Shown one piece after another: positions 53,601 to 62,422 of a stretch of 64,000 nt of DNA. The first letter of the stretch is position 1. Every line of letters begins with the position of its first letter. The stretch is from Candidatus Egerieisoma sp. (lineage in GTDB: Bacteria; Bacillota; Clostridia; UBA1212; UBA1255), in NCBI GenBank assembly GCA_045580735.1, contig JAZNOJ010000053.1, positions 9,362-73,361 of the forward strand, given 5' to 3'. A program made the translations under genes and the position numbers. Under the pieces are notes generated by a model that was given only the letters and a program-made list of their open reading frames with translations, ran no database searches and was not told the DNA's origin.

Positions 53601-53610
53601 TATAATTCAT
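44638..53610 (-). CDS. Trimodular non-ribosomal peptide synthetase, A-T-C-A-T-C-A-T-R, with a terminal thioester reductase
   Basis: 2990 aa. A3/A10 motifs: A1 YTSGSTGKPKG / NGKLDR; A2 YTSGSTGLPKG / NQKVNKRAL; A3 FTSGSTGKPKG / NGKVNKKAL. T serines sit in LGGDSI (aa 506), GLTSIG (aa 1511) and GGTSLL (aa 2534). C domains carry HHIVFDGSS (aa ~675) and HHIISDGSS (aa ~1687). The C-terminal R domain has VLVAGSTGFLGIHVV (aa 2631-2645) and YAYTKWK (aa ~2790). There is no TE or E domain. The RBS GAGGGG lies upstream of the start. Confidence 0.9.
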   Translation of the reverse strand: MNYIEIMRDIFINNASKTAIVDNEAKRHTTYEELDSLSSKISSKLISLGCIPGDVVAILLDRKAEYIAAYLGILKAGCCVVSLIKEYPKDRIDYIVGECNAKYIIREDFFYDIDSYESIEPIILDDEDNAFLIYTSGSTGKPKGILHSIAALAFSVQRQKFLFDNVENIIYGATAPMSFIAFVLEYLVTLYCGGTIHILSDYVRKNVREMEKYFNENGITASFISPQLLRMFNGAAKLVRVFTGSERLSGVYFEDFDLYNLYGSSETIATVTYFKVDKKYDNTPIGKAVNNVKIHILDDENNAVKNGEIGEICIQGNFLKCYYKLSEETARKVIKQEDGSVLVHTGDMGYFDDNGNLVYSNRKDWMVKINGQRVETLEIENLLNSIEGITNSVVKAFNDNMGQTYLAAFYTSNNNVSQSVIHAKLKDSIPDYMIPRFFKKLDEMPKNVNGKLDRNALKAPKIDDYKEAYVAPENDIQIKLCKSVEKVLGCGKIGIKDDFISLGGDSIKVLALISEANIEGLLPSHILMGRTIEKISELIEADSSKALIEHEDELLDVYPLTESQLGVYLECINEPESKMYNIPMYCILPNNVDVNKLANAINYVFNNHKVLGITVDNTPQMVLSNVNANIEIKEISNFEEYLNEFIKPFNLKDGPLWRAEILKCDKKIYFIFDIHHIVFDGSSVKVLMNQIADVYNGKEIKTEELTIFDISRYEEVLKDTKEYKEAQKYFENKLSAVDADSRPVPDIVLKTDKGAGKLSVSLNEDVKIREVIHFVRNNGITENTLFLGAFAYALAKFNGARDSIFCTVNNGRHDSRLENSVGMFVKTLPLFFEFDESMSVKEYLKNTQNYFFETMKHDCISFGELASQYSIRADIAFVYQADLLNGAMIENEYCPIVNPETGDVQFDINVMVLKGKDSYEVIINYRSELYSKEIMNSLASMFISIVKGMLALEKLNDIELIDAALRKEIDKFNITHKAYDKNATIVELFKNNVKKSPESIAVIYEEKRLTYKDVDLISDKLAKNLNIMGVGKEDVIAVLIPRSEYIVLCSMGILKACCAYLPLDPTYPPERLNLMVQDSNAKILITVPEYDSIINDEFKGRRIMLSEIENMKDLDVELRLPKPEDLFIMLYTSGSTGLPKGVMLEHRNLIAFCDYFRTKFELTQNSVAAAYASYGFDACMMDLYPTLTAGATVLIVSEALRLDLKALQELYTKENVTNAFITTQVGRQFALMQAPEKLKYLLVGGEKLVPVNPPEKYALYNAYGPTECTVFMTAFHVDKKYIDVPIGKATDNIKLYVTDSNGKLLPVGAVGELWISGPQVSRGYLNRPEQTAAAFTNNPFSDDEDYSRVYHTGDIVRYMGDGKIQFIGRRDAQVKIRGFRIELTEVEEVIRRFEGIRDATVAAFEEPSGGKYIAAYIVSDEEIDIDALNSFILEEKPPYMVPAVTMQISAIPYNQNQKVNKRALPVPKRKAVDAIPPQNDIQQRLFDCISEVVGHKEFGIKTNIYEAGLTSIGAVRLNVALSEEFNFNVKTSDLKENDTILKLEEFFANSVEEEKFEILNDYAISKTQEGIYVESVSKPDATVYNIPVLLEISRNLDIDKLKSAVVAAVNAHPYIKTRMFLNEEGDLRQRRMDGDYSFDEASIEIIKASSLEEIKDNLVKPFKLIGGSLFRVKIIDADKLYILIEMHHIISDGSSMLIFLNDISKAYKEETLEIEKYSGYEVVLNESTLRKSSFFEKAKNYYKSLLADAEKESLPLGDVKKNELQKAESFEYISSALTAEDVKYYCDVNKLGMNAFFTAVFGFVLSKYNGNEILSFASIYNGRSDSRLTNTISMLVKTLPVVINIEDSQKLVNEYVAQVGKQLLDSMTYDIYSFAEISRELGARADVMFAYQGSEFVFDSLCSEPAKMIELSLDSAKAPLNVNVFLKNGKICWVCEYNAGKFSRKYIEGFMEALEKAMTEFVNKKKLKEVSILSDNAASMIKSFNDTETTNEPITANKLFERSVENNPEKLAVICENQSITYRELNENANRVANTLISEGVQPENKIAVIMPRCINAYAARQGVLKSGGAFVPISPEYPDERIGYILSGANAKIIITTNDVLKNRTELFSQYRALCIEDILKSDEISNPNVLINPNNLAYCIFTSGSTGKPKGVMIEHRNLTNFVMNNKNNPKAYGYKEFANSERVVLALAALTFDVSIVEEMAPLYNGATVAMATEEEIHNPILLANMLIRNNVDVIKCTPSYMNNMLDIPQTHEALCKIKYMVIGAEAFPASLYKKLRAAGVMADISNSYGPTEITVSATIDHITSDYITIGGPLANAGVYILDKNGNCLPPYAPGELTITGAGVGRGYVGNDELTNEKFFKYNDMPAYKSGDMARYNFEGKILFMGRMDNQVKLRGLRVELDEIEGAMNSFEAINQSVVLLKGSEAQGQFLCGYYTAKENVDENELVSYLKKSLTEYMVPSVFMKLDKMPMTQNGKVNKKALPEPVISTRSNAGVKPTNDTEKRFCDMFAQVLGIDEVFADDDFFLLGGTSLLASKIAMKCMVENIPVVYKDVFDYSTPQKLSEFVMKQRGTSREIKIDTQSNNASKKADNMLEAFSLNEENLYDVLKYNIPTEAVNITYSDIGNVLVAGSTGFLGIHVVKQLIEAGTPKIYCLVRPGKKTSAEARLKTLLMYYFDDPMEELFGDKIIVVNGDITDKKLLDSLKQIEFDTIINCAACVKHFTSDDILEKINFNGVENLIEICAVLNKKLVQVSTTSIAGANVNDSLPNTIELRENMLDFGQMIDNKYAYTKWKAEKAVLSAIKEKGLRGKIMRVGNLMSREADGEFQANFNTNGFMNRIKAYYAIGAFPIGSLDMRAEFSPVDYTAKAIITLAGAPDKYTVFHTYSCHTVHMFNVLEVLRKNSINIKIVDEEEFNKFFTEGLSDEERNMSISALISYNTHDKSYRMIGKENEFTIKALYRLGFNWPLIDEGYIDRAMKALITLGFFD

Positions 53611-53820
53611 ATTTACCCCTCGATTCTTTAATATGATTAATCCATATATTAAAATTATACAATACGTACGCCTAAAAATAATATTCTCATAATACAGTAA
53701 AAAAAATTTTTTTTCAACAAAAATAATAAAGCTTCAAATAGCGTATTCTCGATGGTAAATTACATTTCAAATATGTTAAAATTTTCATAGAAAATAAAGC
53801 TTAAAATACTAAAATTTAAA

Positions 53821-53849
53821 TTGACAAAATACCCTAAAACTCGTATAAT
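53821..53849 (+). promoter_or_regulatory. Consensus sigma-A promoter of the pyr operon
   Basis: TTGACA (53821-53826) - 17 nt - TATAAT (53844-53849), followed by the RBS AAGGAGGA and the ATG at 53885. Confidence 0.7.
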
Positions 53850-53884
53850 GAAAAATCGAAAATAAAACAAGGAGGAACCCGAAA

Positions 53885-55075
53885 ATGGAAACTAATCGAA
53901 GACAATTTAAGGTCTACGAAGATGGTAATTTTATTACCAAAGAGCTTTTCATAACAGACAATAAACAATTAAGCAACAGCGAATTGTTTCCATCTTATAT
54001 TTCGGGAGCTTTATTCCCTTTTTCCTCAGATGAATTAGTTATTCTACCCGGTTTTGTTGATGTACATGTACATCTAAGAGAGCCGGGTTTTTCATATAAG
54101 GAAACTATCGAAAGTGGCACCTTAGCAGCAGCAGCCGGAGGCTTTACTGCAGTTTGCAGTATGCCTAATTTAAAACCGGCACCCGATAGTCTTGAGAATC
54201 TAATGGTTCAAATGGATATAATTAAAAGTGACGCTAAAATACATGTATATCCATATGGCTGTATAACAAAAGGTTCTAAGGGAGAGGCTTTATCTGATAT
54301 GGAAGAGCTTGCAGAACATGTAATAGCATTTACAGACGATGGTAAAGGCGTTCAATCAGACGAAATGATGGAAAAAGCAATGCTCAAAGCCAAAAGCTTA
54401 AATAAAATGATTGTTGCACATTGTGAAGTAGAAAGCTGTGCCCCTTCTCCGGAAAGCGAATATCTTCAAGTCGAAAGAGATCTTAAGCTTGTTGCAAAAA
54501 CAGGCTGTAAATACCATCTTTGTCATGCCTCAACAAAAGAAAGCATAGACCTGATTCGACAAGCAAAAAAGGCAGGCTTAAATGTATCAGTTGAAACTGC
54601 CCCACATTATTTATTATTTACAGAAGATGAAATCTTAGATAGTGGAGATTTTAAAATGAATCCACCAATAAGAGGTCAAAAAGATAAAGAAGCTTTAATC
54701 GAGGGAATTTGTGATGGGACTATAGACATGATTGCAACAGATCATGCCCCACATTCAGCAGAAGAAAAGAACAAGGGCTTTAAAGGAAGTCTAAATGGAA
54801 TAGTAGGAATAGAAACATCATTTCCACTCATGTATACAAATTTTGTAAAAAAAGGACTTATATCTTTAGAAAAGCTTATTAAATTAATGAGTGATAATCC
54901 AAGAAAAATATTTAATATTCCGACAAATCAAGGAGATGGAATTTTAGTGGATTTAAATACTCAAATTATTGTAGATAGAAACAAATTTAAATCTATGGGC
55001 AGAAGTATGCCTTATGACGGAATGAAGCTATACGGAAAATGTTTGGGAACATTTATAAACGGGAGGATGATATAA
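53885..55075 (+). CDS. pyrC: Dihydroorotase
   Basis: VDVHVHLREPG metal-binding motif and DHAPH, 396 aa. Confidence 0.9.
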   Translation: METNRRQFKVYEDGNFITKELFITDNKQLSNSELFPSYISGALFPFSSDELVILPGFVDVHVHLREPGFSYKETIESGTLAAAAGGFTAVCSMPNLKPAPDSLENLMVQMDIIKSDAKIHVYPYGCITKGSKGEALSDMEELAEHVIAFTDDGKGVQSDEMMEKAMLKAKSLNKMIVAHCEVESCAPSPESEYLQVERDLKLVAKTGCKYHLCHASTKESIDLIRQAKKAGLNVSVETAPHYLLFTEDEILDSGDFKMNPPIRGQKDKEALIEGICDGTIDMIATDHAPHSAEEKNKGFKGSLNGIVGIETSFPLMYTNFVKKGLISLEKLIKLMSDNPRKIFNIPTNQGDGILVDLNTQIIVDRNKFKSMGRSMPYDGMKLYGKCLGTFINGRMI

Positions 55076-56166
55076 TGAATTACGACAAAAAATTAGTGTT
55101 GAAGGACGGTAGAGAATTTTACGGAAAAGGCTTTGGAGCTGACCGTGATTCTGTATGTGAAATTGTATTTAACACATCAATGGTAGGATATCAAGAAATA
55201 ATTTCAGATCCATCATATGTTGACCAAATGGTAGTAATGACCTATCCAATTATTGGTAATTATGGTGTAACCGACGAAGATTTTGAATCGAAATTAAATG
55301 TACTTGGCGGACTTATAGTTAGAGATTACAATGATATTCCAAGTAACTTCCGATATACTGAAACATTATCACAAATATTAAGCGAAAATAATATACCGGC
55401 AATTAGTGGCTTAGATACAAGAATGCTTACAAGAATTATAAGAGATGAGGGTACACAGCCTGCCCTATTGACATCAGCTGACACTCCGGTTGAAAAAGCG
55501 ATAGAAATTATAAAAAATTTCAAATTAAGCACTGATGCAATACAAAAAGTAAGCTGCAATAAAATTTGGTATTCAAGAACAGCAAATCCTAAATACAATG
55601 TAGTTGCAATAGATTGTGGAATAAAACTAAGTATTATTCGTACATTAAAGGATTACGGCTGTAATGTTACTGTTGTTCCATATAATACTAAAGCAGATGA
55701 AATAATGGCACTTTGCCCAGATGGTATTTTAGTATCAAATGGACCTGGAAATCCCGCTGATGTGCTCTGCGTAATAGAAACAGTAAAAGCCTTAAAAGGT
55801 AAGCTTCCAATATTAGGAATTGGTCTCGGACATCAAATAATAGCACTTTCACAGGGAGCAAAATTATATAGAATGTTATGTCATAAGAGTGGAAGTCACC
55901 CAATTAGAGATATTAATACCGGAAAAATTATATCAGCTTGTCACAATCACAGCTACGCTGTAATTGAAACCTCTCTAGAGGGAACCGGTCTTAAAGTTAC
56001 ACATACAAATGTACTTGACGGTGTAGTAGAAGGAATTGAAGATACATCAAATAAAATGATTGGATGGCAATTCCATCCTGAATGTGCACCAGGACCACAA
56101 GATTCAATAACAATATTTGAAAAATATATTAAAATGCTTGAAATGGAGGTAAAAGCTCATGCCTAA
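55075..56166 (+). CDS. carA: Carbamoyl-phosphate synthase small (glutaminase) subunit
   Basis: The start [22 protein letters not shown] at 55075 overlaps the pyrC stop (TAATG), with the RBS GGGAGG at 55061-55066. The ORF-track start at 55039 is probably an upstream in-frame extension. Glutamine-amidotransferase triad region GICLGHQ. Confidence 0.9.
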   Translation: MNYDKKLVLKDGREFYGKGFGADRDSVCEIVFNTSMVGYQEIISDPSYVDQMVVMTYPIIGNYGVTDEDFESKLNVLGGLIVRDYNDIPSNFRYTETLSQILSENNIPAISGLDTRMLTRIIRDEGTQPALLTSADTPVEKAIEIIKNFKLSTDAIQKVSCNKIWYSRTANPKYNVVAIDCGIKLSIIRTLKDYGCNVTVVPYNTKADEIMALCPDGILVSNGPGNPADVLCVIETVKALKGKLPILGIGLGHQIIALSQGAKLYRMLCHKSGSHPIRDINTGKIISACHNHSYAVIETSLEGTGLKVTHTNVLDGVVEGIEDTSNKMIGWQFHPECAPGPQDSITIFEKYIKMLEMEVKAHA

Positions 56167-59100
56167 AAGAACCGATATAAAGAAAATAATGGTAATAGGC
56201 TCAGGTCCAATTATAATCGGACAAGCCGCAGAATTTGACTATGCTGGAACACAAGCATGTCTTGCATTAAAGGAAGAAGGATATGAGGTTATTTTAGCAA
56301 ACTCAAACCCTGCAACAATTATGACAGATACAACGATTGCAGATAAGGTTTATATGGAGCCTCTTACACTTGAATATGTAGCGAAAATTTTAAGATATGA
56401 AAGACCTGATGCAATTATTCCGGGAATAGGCGGTCAAACTGGCTTAAACCTTGCAATGCAGCTTTCTAAAAAAGGCATACTTGACGAATGTCAGGTTGAG
56501 CTTTTAGGAACTAAATTTGACAGTATCGATATGGCTGAAGATAGAGAAAAATTCAAACAGCTCTGTTTGGATTTGGGTGAACCAGTTCTTCCATCAGAAA
56601 TTGCTGAAAGCATGGATGAAGCAATTAAAGCTGCAAATGATATAGGATATCCTGTAGTTCTTCGTCCAGCCTTCACTCTTGGTGGTACAGGCGGCGGTTT
56701 TGCAGATAATGAAGAGGAATTAAGAGAAATTGTAAAAAATGCTCTTTCATTATCCCCTGTTCATCAGGTTCTTGTTGAAAAGAGTATTAAGGGCTACAAG
56801 GAAATTGAATATGAGGTAATACGTGACTCAAATGATACTGCTATAGGTGTATGCAGCATGGAAAACATAGATCCTGTTGGTATTCATACAGGTGACTCAA
56901 TTGTTGTTGCTCCATGTCAAACCTTGACAAACAAAGAGCTTCAAATGCTTCGTGACAGTGCCTTAAAAATCATTCGTGCACTTAAAATTGAAGGTGGCTG
57001 TAATGTTCAATTTGCTTTGGATCCATTCTCATTTAAGTATTACTTAATTGAAGTAAATCCTAGAGTATCTCGTTCGTCTGCATTAGCATCAAAGGCTAGT
57101 GGTTATCCTATTGCAAGGGTAACTGCAAAAATTGCAGTTGGTATGCATCTTGACGAAATTAAGCTTGCTGCAGCACCTGCATGTATTGAGCCTGCACTTG
57201 ATTATATAGTTGCAAAGGTTGCTCGTTTCCCATTTGACAAATTTGCAAATGCTTCAAATAAGCTTTCAACACAAATGAAGGCTACCGGTGAGGTAATGAG
57301 TATCGGCCGTACAATAGAAGAAAGTCTTTTAAAGGCTATTCGTTCATTAGAAATTGGTGCCTTCCATTTATATCTTCCAAAATTTGATGGATTTTCAACT
57401 GACGAGCTTATAAGCTATATCAGCGATGGACATGATGACAGAATGTTTGCTATTGCACAGCTTATAAGAAAAAATGTCGATTTAGGTGTTATTTACAACC
57501 ATACTAAAATCGATATGTTATTCTTATGCAAATTTAAAAATATAATTGACTTTGAGAAAAAGTTAGCTGAAAACGTAAATAGTGCTGAGGTCCTCAAAGA
57601 AGCAAAAAGATTGGGTATTAGTGATAAGTATATTGCAATGCTCTGGAATGTATCTGAGCTTGATATATTTAATTTTAGAAAAGAAAATAACATTTTCCCT
57701 GTATATAAGATGATTGATACTTGTGCAGGCTCTATCGCAAGCGATGTTCCTTATCTTTATTCAACCTATGAGGAAGAAAACGAATCCTTCGCAAGTGATA
57801 ATAAGAAAATTATAGTTTTAGGCTCTGGTCCTATTCGTATTGGCCAAGGCGTTGAATTTGACTACTCTACTGTTCATGCAATTCAAACAATAAAAAAGAG
57901 TGGTTATGAAGCAATTATCATTAATAACAACCCTGAAACTGTATCAACTGACTATACTACAAGTGATAAGCTTTACTTTGAACCACTCACAGTAGAAGAT
58001 GTAATGAATGTTATTACTCTTGAAAAGCCTGATGGAGTTATCGCTTCATTAGGTGGTCAAACAGCTATTAATCTTGCTGATAAATTAGATGCACTCGGTG
58101 TTGAGCTCATTGGTACAGGTGTCGAGGCTATCGAGAGAGCCGAAAATCGCGACAGCTTTGAGAAAATCATGGAGGAGCTCCAAATCCCACAACCTAAAGG
58201 ACGTGCTGTTACAAATATTGATGCTGGTATAGAAGCCGCATCAGAAATCGGCTATCCTGTACTTGTTCGTCCAAGCTATGTACTTGGTGGAAGAGCGATG
58301 CAAATCGTTCAAAACGAAAAGGCTCTTAGAGTATACCTTCGTTCAGCAGTAGAGGTTGATGAAAAACAGCCTGTACTTGTTGATAAATATATCTCTGGTA
58401 AAGAGCTTGAGGTTGATGCAATTTGTGATGGTACTGATGTATTTATTCCTGGTATTATGGAGCATGTTGAAAGAACAGGTATCCACTCCGGTGATAGTAT
58501 CAGTATATATCCTACATTTAGTGTTAGCGAAAAGGTTAAAGATACTATTGTTGATTATACTAAGAGATTGGGACTCGGAATTGGAATTATAGGTCTTTAT
58601 AATATTCAATTTATTGTTGATGAAAAAGAAGATGTTTATGTTATTGAAGTAAACCCTCGTTCATCAAGAACTGTTCCTTTCCTTTCAAAAGCAACAGGCT
58701 ACTCAATGGCAGATATAGCTACAAAATGTATACTCGGTGAAAGCTTAAAAGCCCAGGGAATTGATATTATCAGACCTGCAGAAAAAAATCGTTGGTATGT
58801 TAAGGTTCCTGCCTTTTCTTTCTCTAAATTAAATGATTTAGATGCTTATCTTTCACCTGAAATGAAGTCTACAGGTGAAGCAATAGGCTATGATAAGAAA
58901 ATGACAAGAGCAATTTACAAGGCTTTAATTGCATCTGGTATGAATGTTGTAAATTATGGAACAATTTTGGTAAGCATCGCTGATAAAGATAAAGAAGAAG
59001 CACTTCCTTTGATACGAAGATTCTATCAATTAGGATTTAACATCGAAGCGACTGAAGGTACTGCCAAATTCTTAAGAAGCCATAATATTAAAACAAGAAT

Positions 59101-59341
59101 TAAGAAAAAGCTTAGTGCAGGAAGCAATGAAATTCTAACTTCTATTAGACAAGGACATGTAAACTATGTTATAAGCACAAGAGATGTTGATATTGCTTCT
59201 CAGCAAACTGATGGCTACAAAATCCGTCGTTGCGCTGTTGAAAACAATGTAACAATGTTTACTGCGTTAGATACTGTTAAAGTTCTTTTAGATGTACTTG
59301 AAGAAATAACAATGGGTGTATCTACAATAGATGCAGACTAA
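56159..59341 (+). CDS. carB: Carbamoyl-phosphate synthase large subunit
   Basis: 1060 aa with duplicated ATP-grasp halves ([19 protein letters not shown]... and [19 protein letters not shown]...) and a C-terminal MGS-like domain. Confidence 0.95.
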   Translation: MPKRTDIKKIMVIGSGPIIIGQAAEFDYAGTQACLALKEEGYEVILANSNPATIMTDTTIADKVYMEPLTLEYVAKILRYERPDAIIPGIGGQTGLNLAMQLSKKGILDECQVELLGTKFDSIDMAEDREKFKQLCLDLGEPVLPSEIAESMDEAIKAANDIGYPVVLRPAFTLGGTGGGFADNEEELREIVKNALSLSPVHQVLVEKSIKGYKEIEYEVIRDSNDTAIGVCSMENIDPVGIHTGDSIVVAPCQTLTNKELQMLRDSALKIIRALKIEGGCNVQFALDPFSFKYYLIEVNPRVSRSSALASKASGYPIARVTAKIAVGMHLDEIKLAAAPACIEPALDYIVAKVARFPFDKFANASNKLSTQMKATGEVMSIGRTIEESLLKAIRSLEIGAFHLYLPKFDGFSTDELISYISDGHDDRMFAIAQLIRKNVDLGVIYNHTKIDMLFLCKFKNIIDFEKKLAENVNSAEVLKEAKRLGISDKYIAMLWNVSELDIFNFRKENNIFPVYKMIDTCAGSIASDVPYLYSTYEEENESFASDNKKIIVLGSGPIRIGQGVEFDYSTVHAIQTIKKSGYEAIIINNNPETVSTDYTTSDKLYFEPLTVEDVMNVITLEKPDGVIASLGGQTAINLADKLDALGVELIGTGVEAIERAENRDSFEKIMEELQIPQPKGRAVTNIDAGIEAASEIGYPVLVRPSYVLGGRAMQIVQNEKALRVYLRSAVEVDEKQPVLVDKYISGKELEVDAICDGTDVFIPGIMEHVERTGIHSGDSISIYPTFSVSEKVKDTIVDYTKRLGLGIGIIGLYNIQFIVDEKEDVYVIEVNPRSSRTVPFLSKATGYSMADIATKCILGESLKAQGIDIIRPAEKNRWYVKVPAFSFSKLNDLDAYLSPEMKSTGEAIGYDKKMTRAIYKALIASGMNVVNYGTILVSIADKDKEEALPLIRRFYQLGFNIEATEGTAKFLRSHNIKTRIKKKLSAGSNEILTSIRQGHVNYVISTRDVDIASQQTDGYKIRRCAVENNVTMFTALDTVKVLLDVLEEITMGVSTIDAD

Positions 59342-59361
59342 TTTTCTCGAAAGGATAAATA

Positions 59362-60078
59362 ATGTATCAAGAAATTTTTACTGTTAAAGAAAATATATGT
59401 GTAAATCCAAACGTTTTTCGTATGGTAGTTGAAGGTGAAAAGGCTAAAAATCATAAGCCCGGTCAGTTTATCAATATTAAAATCAATGGATTTTATCTCA
59501 GAAGACCTATTTCTGTTTGTGATTCTGACAACGAAACTATAACAATCATGTATAAAATTGTTGGAGACGGCACAGATGCTTTATGCCAAATGCTTCCGGG
59601 TGATGAAATTGATATCCTCACTCACCTAGGAAATGGTTTTGATGTCACAGCAAATACCACTTCACCCCTCTTGATTGGTGGTGGTATTGGTTGTCCTCCC
59701 CTTTATAAGCTTGCTAAAGAGCTTATAAAGGCTGGAAAAAAGCCATCAATTTTACTTGGCTTTAATGATCCCTCTGAGGTAATTCTAGAAAACGATTTTA
59801 AAAAGCTGGGAATTGATGTAACGGTAGTTACAAAAGGCTTTGTTACTGATGCTGACATATTTAAAAATGGAAATTACGACTATATATACACTTGTGGTCC
59901 TATTCCGATGCTTAAAGCTATATATAACGCAAGCAACGTATCTGGCCAATACTCTTTTGAAGAAAGAATGGGTTGCGGTTTTGGTGCTTGCATGGGATGC
60001 TCATGTAAAACAAAATATGGTAACAAAAGAATTTGCAAGGATGGTCCTGTATTAGTAAAGGAGGAAATTATATGGTAA
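59362..60078 (+). CDS. pyrK: Dihydroorotate dehydrogenase electron-transfer subunit
   Basis: 238 aa with an FAD/NAD-binding fold and a C-terminal CGFGACMGCSC 2Fe-2S cluster motif. Confidence 0.85.
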   Translation: MYQEIFTVKENICVNPNVFRMVVEGEKAKNHKPGQFINIKINGFYLRRPISVCDSDNETITIMYKIVGDGTDALCQMLPGDEIDILTHLGNGFDVTANTTSPLLIGGGIGCPPLYKLAKELIKAGKKPSILLGFNDPSEVILENDFKKLGIDVTVVTKGFVTDADIFKNGNYDYIYTCGPIPMLKAIYNASNVSGQYSFEERMGCGFGACMGCSCKTKYGNKRICKDGPVLVKEEIIW

Positions 60079-60989
60079 ACGAAAGACTTAAAGTAGATTT
60101 TTGTGGTCTTACTTTAGATAATCCTATAATTCCTGCCAGTGGCTGTTTTGGCTACGGAAAAGAATTTGCTGATTTGTATGACATTAATATACTTGGCTCA
60201 TTTTCCTTTAAGGGAACTACATCAGAGCCACGTTTCGGAAATCCTACTCCAAGAATTGCTGAAACTCCTTCAGGTATGTTAAATGCTGTCGGACTTCAAA
60301 ATCCCGGAATAGAACATGTAATAGAGCATGAGCTTCCAGAAATGAAAAAATATTTCAGCAAAAAAGTTGTTGCCAATATTAGCGGCTTTGCAGTTGAGGA
60401 ATATGTAAAATGCGCTCAAATGCTTGATAAGGAAGACTGTGTCGGCATATTAGAGGTTAATATCAGCTGTCCAAATGTACACGGTGGCGGAATGAGCTTT
60501 GGCACTAATCCAAAATCTGCCATGGAGGTTACAAGGGCTGTTAAGGCAGTTACATCTAAACCGGTTGTAATAAAGCTAACACCCAACGTAACCGACATTA
60601 AAGAGATGGCTCTTGCATGCGAAGAAGCCGGTGCTGATGGTGTAAGCTTAATTAATACATTATTAGGTATGCGAATTGATTTAGGAAAAAAACGTCCAAT
60701 ATTAGCTAACACATTTGGAGGTATGTCAGGTAGTGCTGTATTCCCTATCGCTTTAAGAATGGTTTATCAGGTAGCTAGTGTAGTTAAAATCCCTGTTATG
60801 GGTATGGGCGGAGTTACTACAGCCGAGGACGTTATAGAAATGATGTTGGCAGGTGCTACAGCAGTTCAAATAGGTGCTGCAAACTTAATTAATCCTTATG
60901 TATGTAAGGAAATAATTGAAAACCTACCTGAGGTTATGGATAAATATAAAATTAATAATTTAAAAGATATTATTGGAGGTGCTCTATAA
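60072..60989 (+). CDS. pyrD: Dihydroorotate dehydrogenase (class 1B) catalytic subunit
   Basis: The likely start MVNERLKVDFCGL... at 60072 overlaps the pyrK stop. NPIIPASGCFGYG and GGV motifs are present. The ORF-track start at 60033 is an upstream extension. Confidence 0.9.
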   Translation: MVNERLKVDFCGLTLDNPIIPASGCFGYGKEFADLYDINILGSFSFKGTTSEPRFGNPTPRIAETPSGMLNAVGLQNPGIEHVIEHELPEMKKYFSKKVVANISGFAVEEYVKCAQMLDKEDCVGILEVNISCPNVHGGGMSFGTNPKSAMEVTRAVKAVTSKPVVIKLTPNVTDIKEMALACEEAGADGVSLINTLLGMRIDLGKKRPILANTFGGMSGSAVFPIALRMVYQVASVVKIPVMGMGGVTTAEDVIEMMLAGATAVQIGAANLINPYVCKEIIENLPEVMDKYKINNLKDIIGGAL

Positions 60990-61723
60990 TGGCAAAAGAT
61001 GTAATTATTGCTTGTGATTTTTCTTCAAGCGAAGAAACTTTATCATTTCTTGATAAAATGGGAGATCGTAAACCATTTGTAAAAATTGGGATGGAGCTTT
61101 TCTATGCCGCAGGACCTGATATGCTTCGTGAAATTGTTGCAAGAGGACACAAGGTTTTTCTTGATTTAAAGCTTCATGATATTCCAAATACAGTAAAAAA
61201 AGCCATGGTTAATCTTGGTGGCCTTGGAGTATATATGTGTAATGTTCACGCTGCTGGTGGTGTTAAAATGATGGCTGCGGCAAAAGAAGGTCTTTTAGCT
61301 GGTGCTGAAAAAGCAGGAAGTGAGCCTCCCCTTTTAATCGCAGTTACACAGCTTACTTCAACTGATGACAACATGCTTCATGATGAGCTATTGATTGGTT
61401 CTTCTATGAATGACACAATTTTAAAATATGCTGAAAATGCTGAAGCAGCAGGACTTGCAGGTGTAGTTTGTTCTCCGCTTGAAAGTGGAATGATTGGAGA
61501 GCATTTTAAAAAGCTTGGTAAAGAATTTATGACTGTTACTCCCGGAATTCGCTTTGCAGGTGGTTCAGTAGATGACCAAAAAAGAATTACAACTCCTCGT
61601 CAAGCCAGAGAAAGAGGCTCAGATTATATTGTTGTTGGAAGACCTATTACAGCGGCTGAGGATCCTGTTGCTGCATATGATAAATGCGTAAATGATTTTT
61701 TAACAGATAATCCTGAAGCTTAA
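60989..61723 (+). CDS. pyrF: Orotidine 5'-phosphate decarboxylase
   Basis: DLKLHDIPNTV motif, 244 aa. The ATG overlaps the pyrD stop. Confidence 0.9.
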   Translation: MAKDVIIACDFSSSEETLSFLDKMGDRKPFVKIGMELFYAAGPDMLREIVARGHKVFLDLKLHDIPNTVKKAMVNLGGLGVYMCNVHAAGGVKMMAAAKEGLLAGAEKAGSEPPLLIAVTQLTSTDDNMLHDELLIGSSMNDTILKYAENAEAAGLAGVVCSPLESGMIGEHFKKLGKEFMTVTPGIRFAGGSVDDQKRITTPRQARERGSDYIVVGRPITAAEDPVAAYDKCVNDFLTDNPEA

Positions 61724-61773
61724 AAGCTATTTTTGTATTAGTTACATTATTAATTTAAAGGAGATACACTATT

Positions 61774-62421
61774 ATGAATAAAAGAGAAAAATTAATCGCT
61801 TCAGATTTACTTTCAATTAAGGCTGTTTTCCTTCGCCCTGATGAACCCTTTACTTGGGCAAGCGGTATAAAAAGTCCAATATATTGTGACAATCGTCTTA
61901 CATTAACTGCTCCAAAGGTTCGTAATGATGTCGAAAATGGATTATGTGAGCTTATTAAAGAATATTATCCGGAAGCAGAGGTTCTTATGGGAACAAGCAC
62001 TGCCGGTATTGCACATGCCGCAATTTGTGGACACATCCTTAATATGCCTATGGGATATGTTCGTTCAGGAAATAAAGACCATGGACGTAATAATAGAATC
62101 GAAGGAAAATTAGAGGCAGGTCAAAAGGTCGTTATTGTTGAGGATTTAATTTCAACAGGCGGTAGCTGCATTGAAGTTGCTGAAGCTTTAAGAGAAGCAG
62201 GCGCAGATGTTCTTGGTGTTGTAAGTATATATACTTATGGTATGCAAAAAGGATTGGACAGACTTGCTGCTGCAAACTTGAAAAATGTAAGCCTTACAAA
62301 CTTTGACGTAATTGTTGAAGTAGCAGCAGAAACAGGTTACATTCAACCAGAAGATAAATCAAGACTTATTTCCTTCCGTAATAATCCTTCAGATGAAAGC
62401 TGGATTAAAGGAGGCATTTAA
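61774..62421 (+). CDS. pyrE: Orotate phosphoribosyltransferase
   Basis: PRPP-binding [13 protein letters not shown] motif, 215 aa. Confidence 0.9.
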   Translation: MNKREKLIASDLLSIKAVFLRPDEPFTWASGIKSPIYCDNRLTLTAPKVRNDVENGLCELIKEYYPEAEVLMGTSTAGIAHAAICGHILNMPMGYVRSGNKDHGRNNRIEGKLEAGQKVVIVEDLISTGGSCIEVAEALREAGADVLGVVSIYTYGMQKGLDRLAAANLKNVSLTNFDVIVEVAAETGYIQPEDKSRLISFRNNPSDESWIKGGI

Positions 62422-62422
62422 T

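Noticed and set aside
55039-55075. Upstream in-frame ATG starts for carA, pyrD (60033) and pyrB (62393) as given in the ORF track
   Set aside because: The internal ATGs have proper SD sequences and stop/start overlaps with the preceding genes, and N-terminal alignment to known proteins begins there. The extensions are ORF-finder artefacts.
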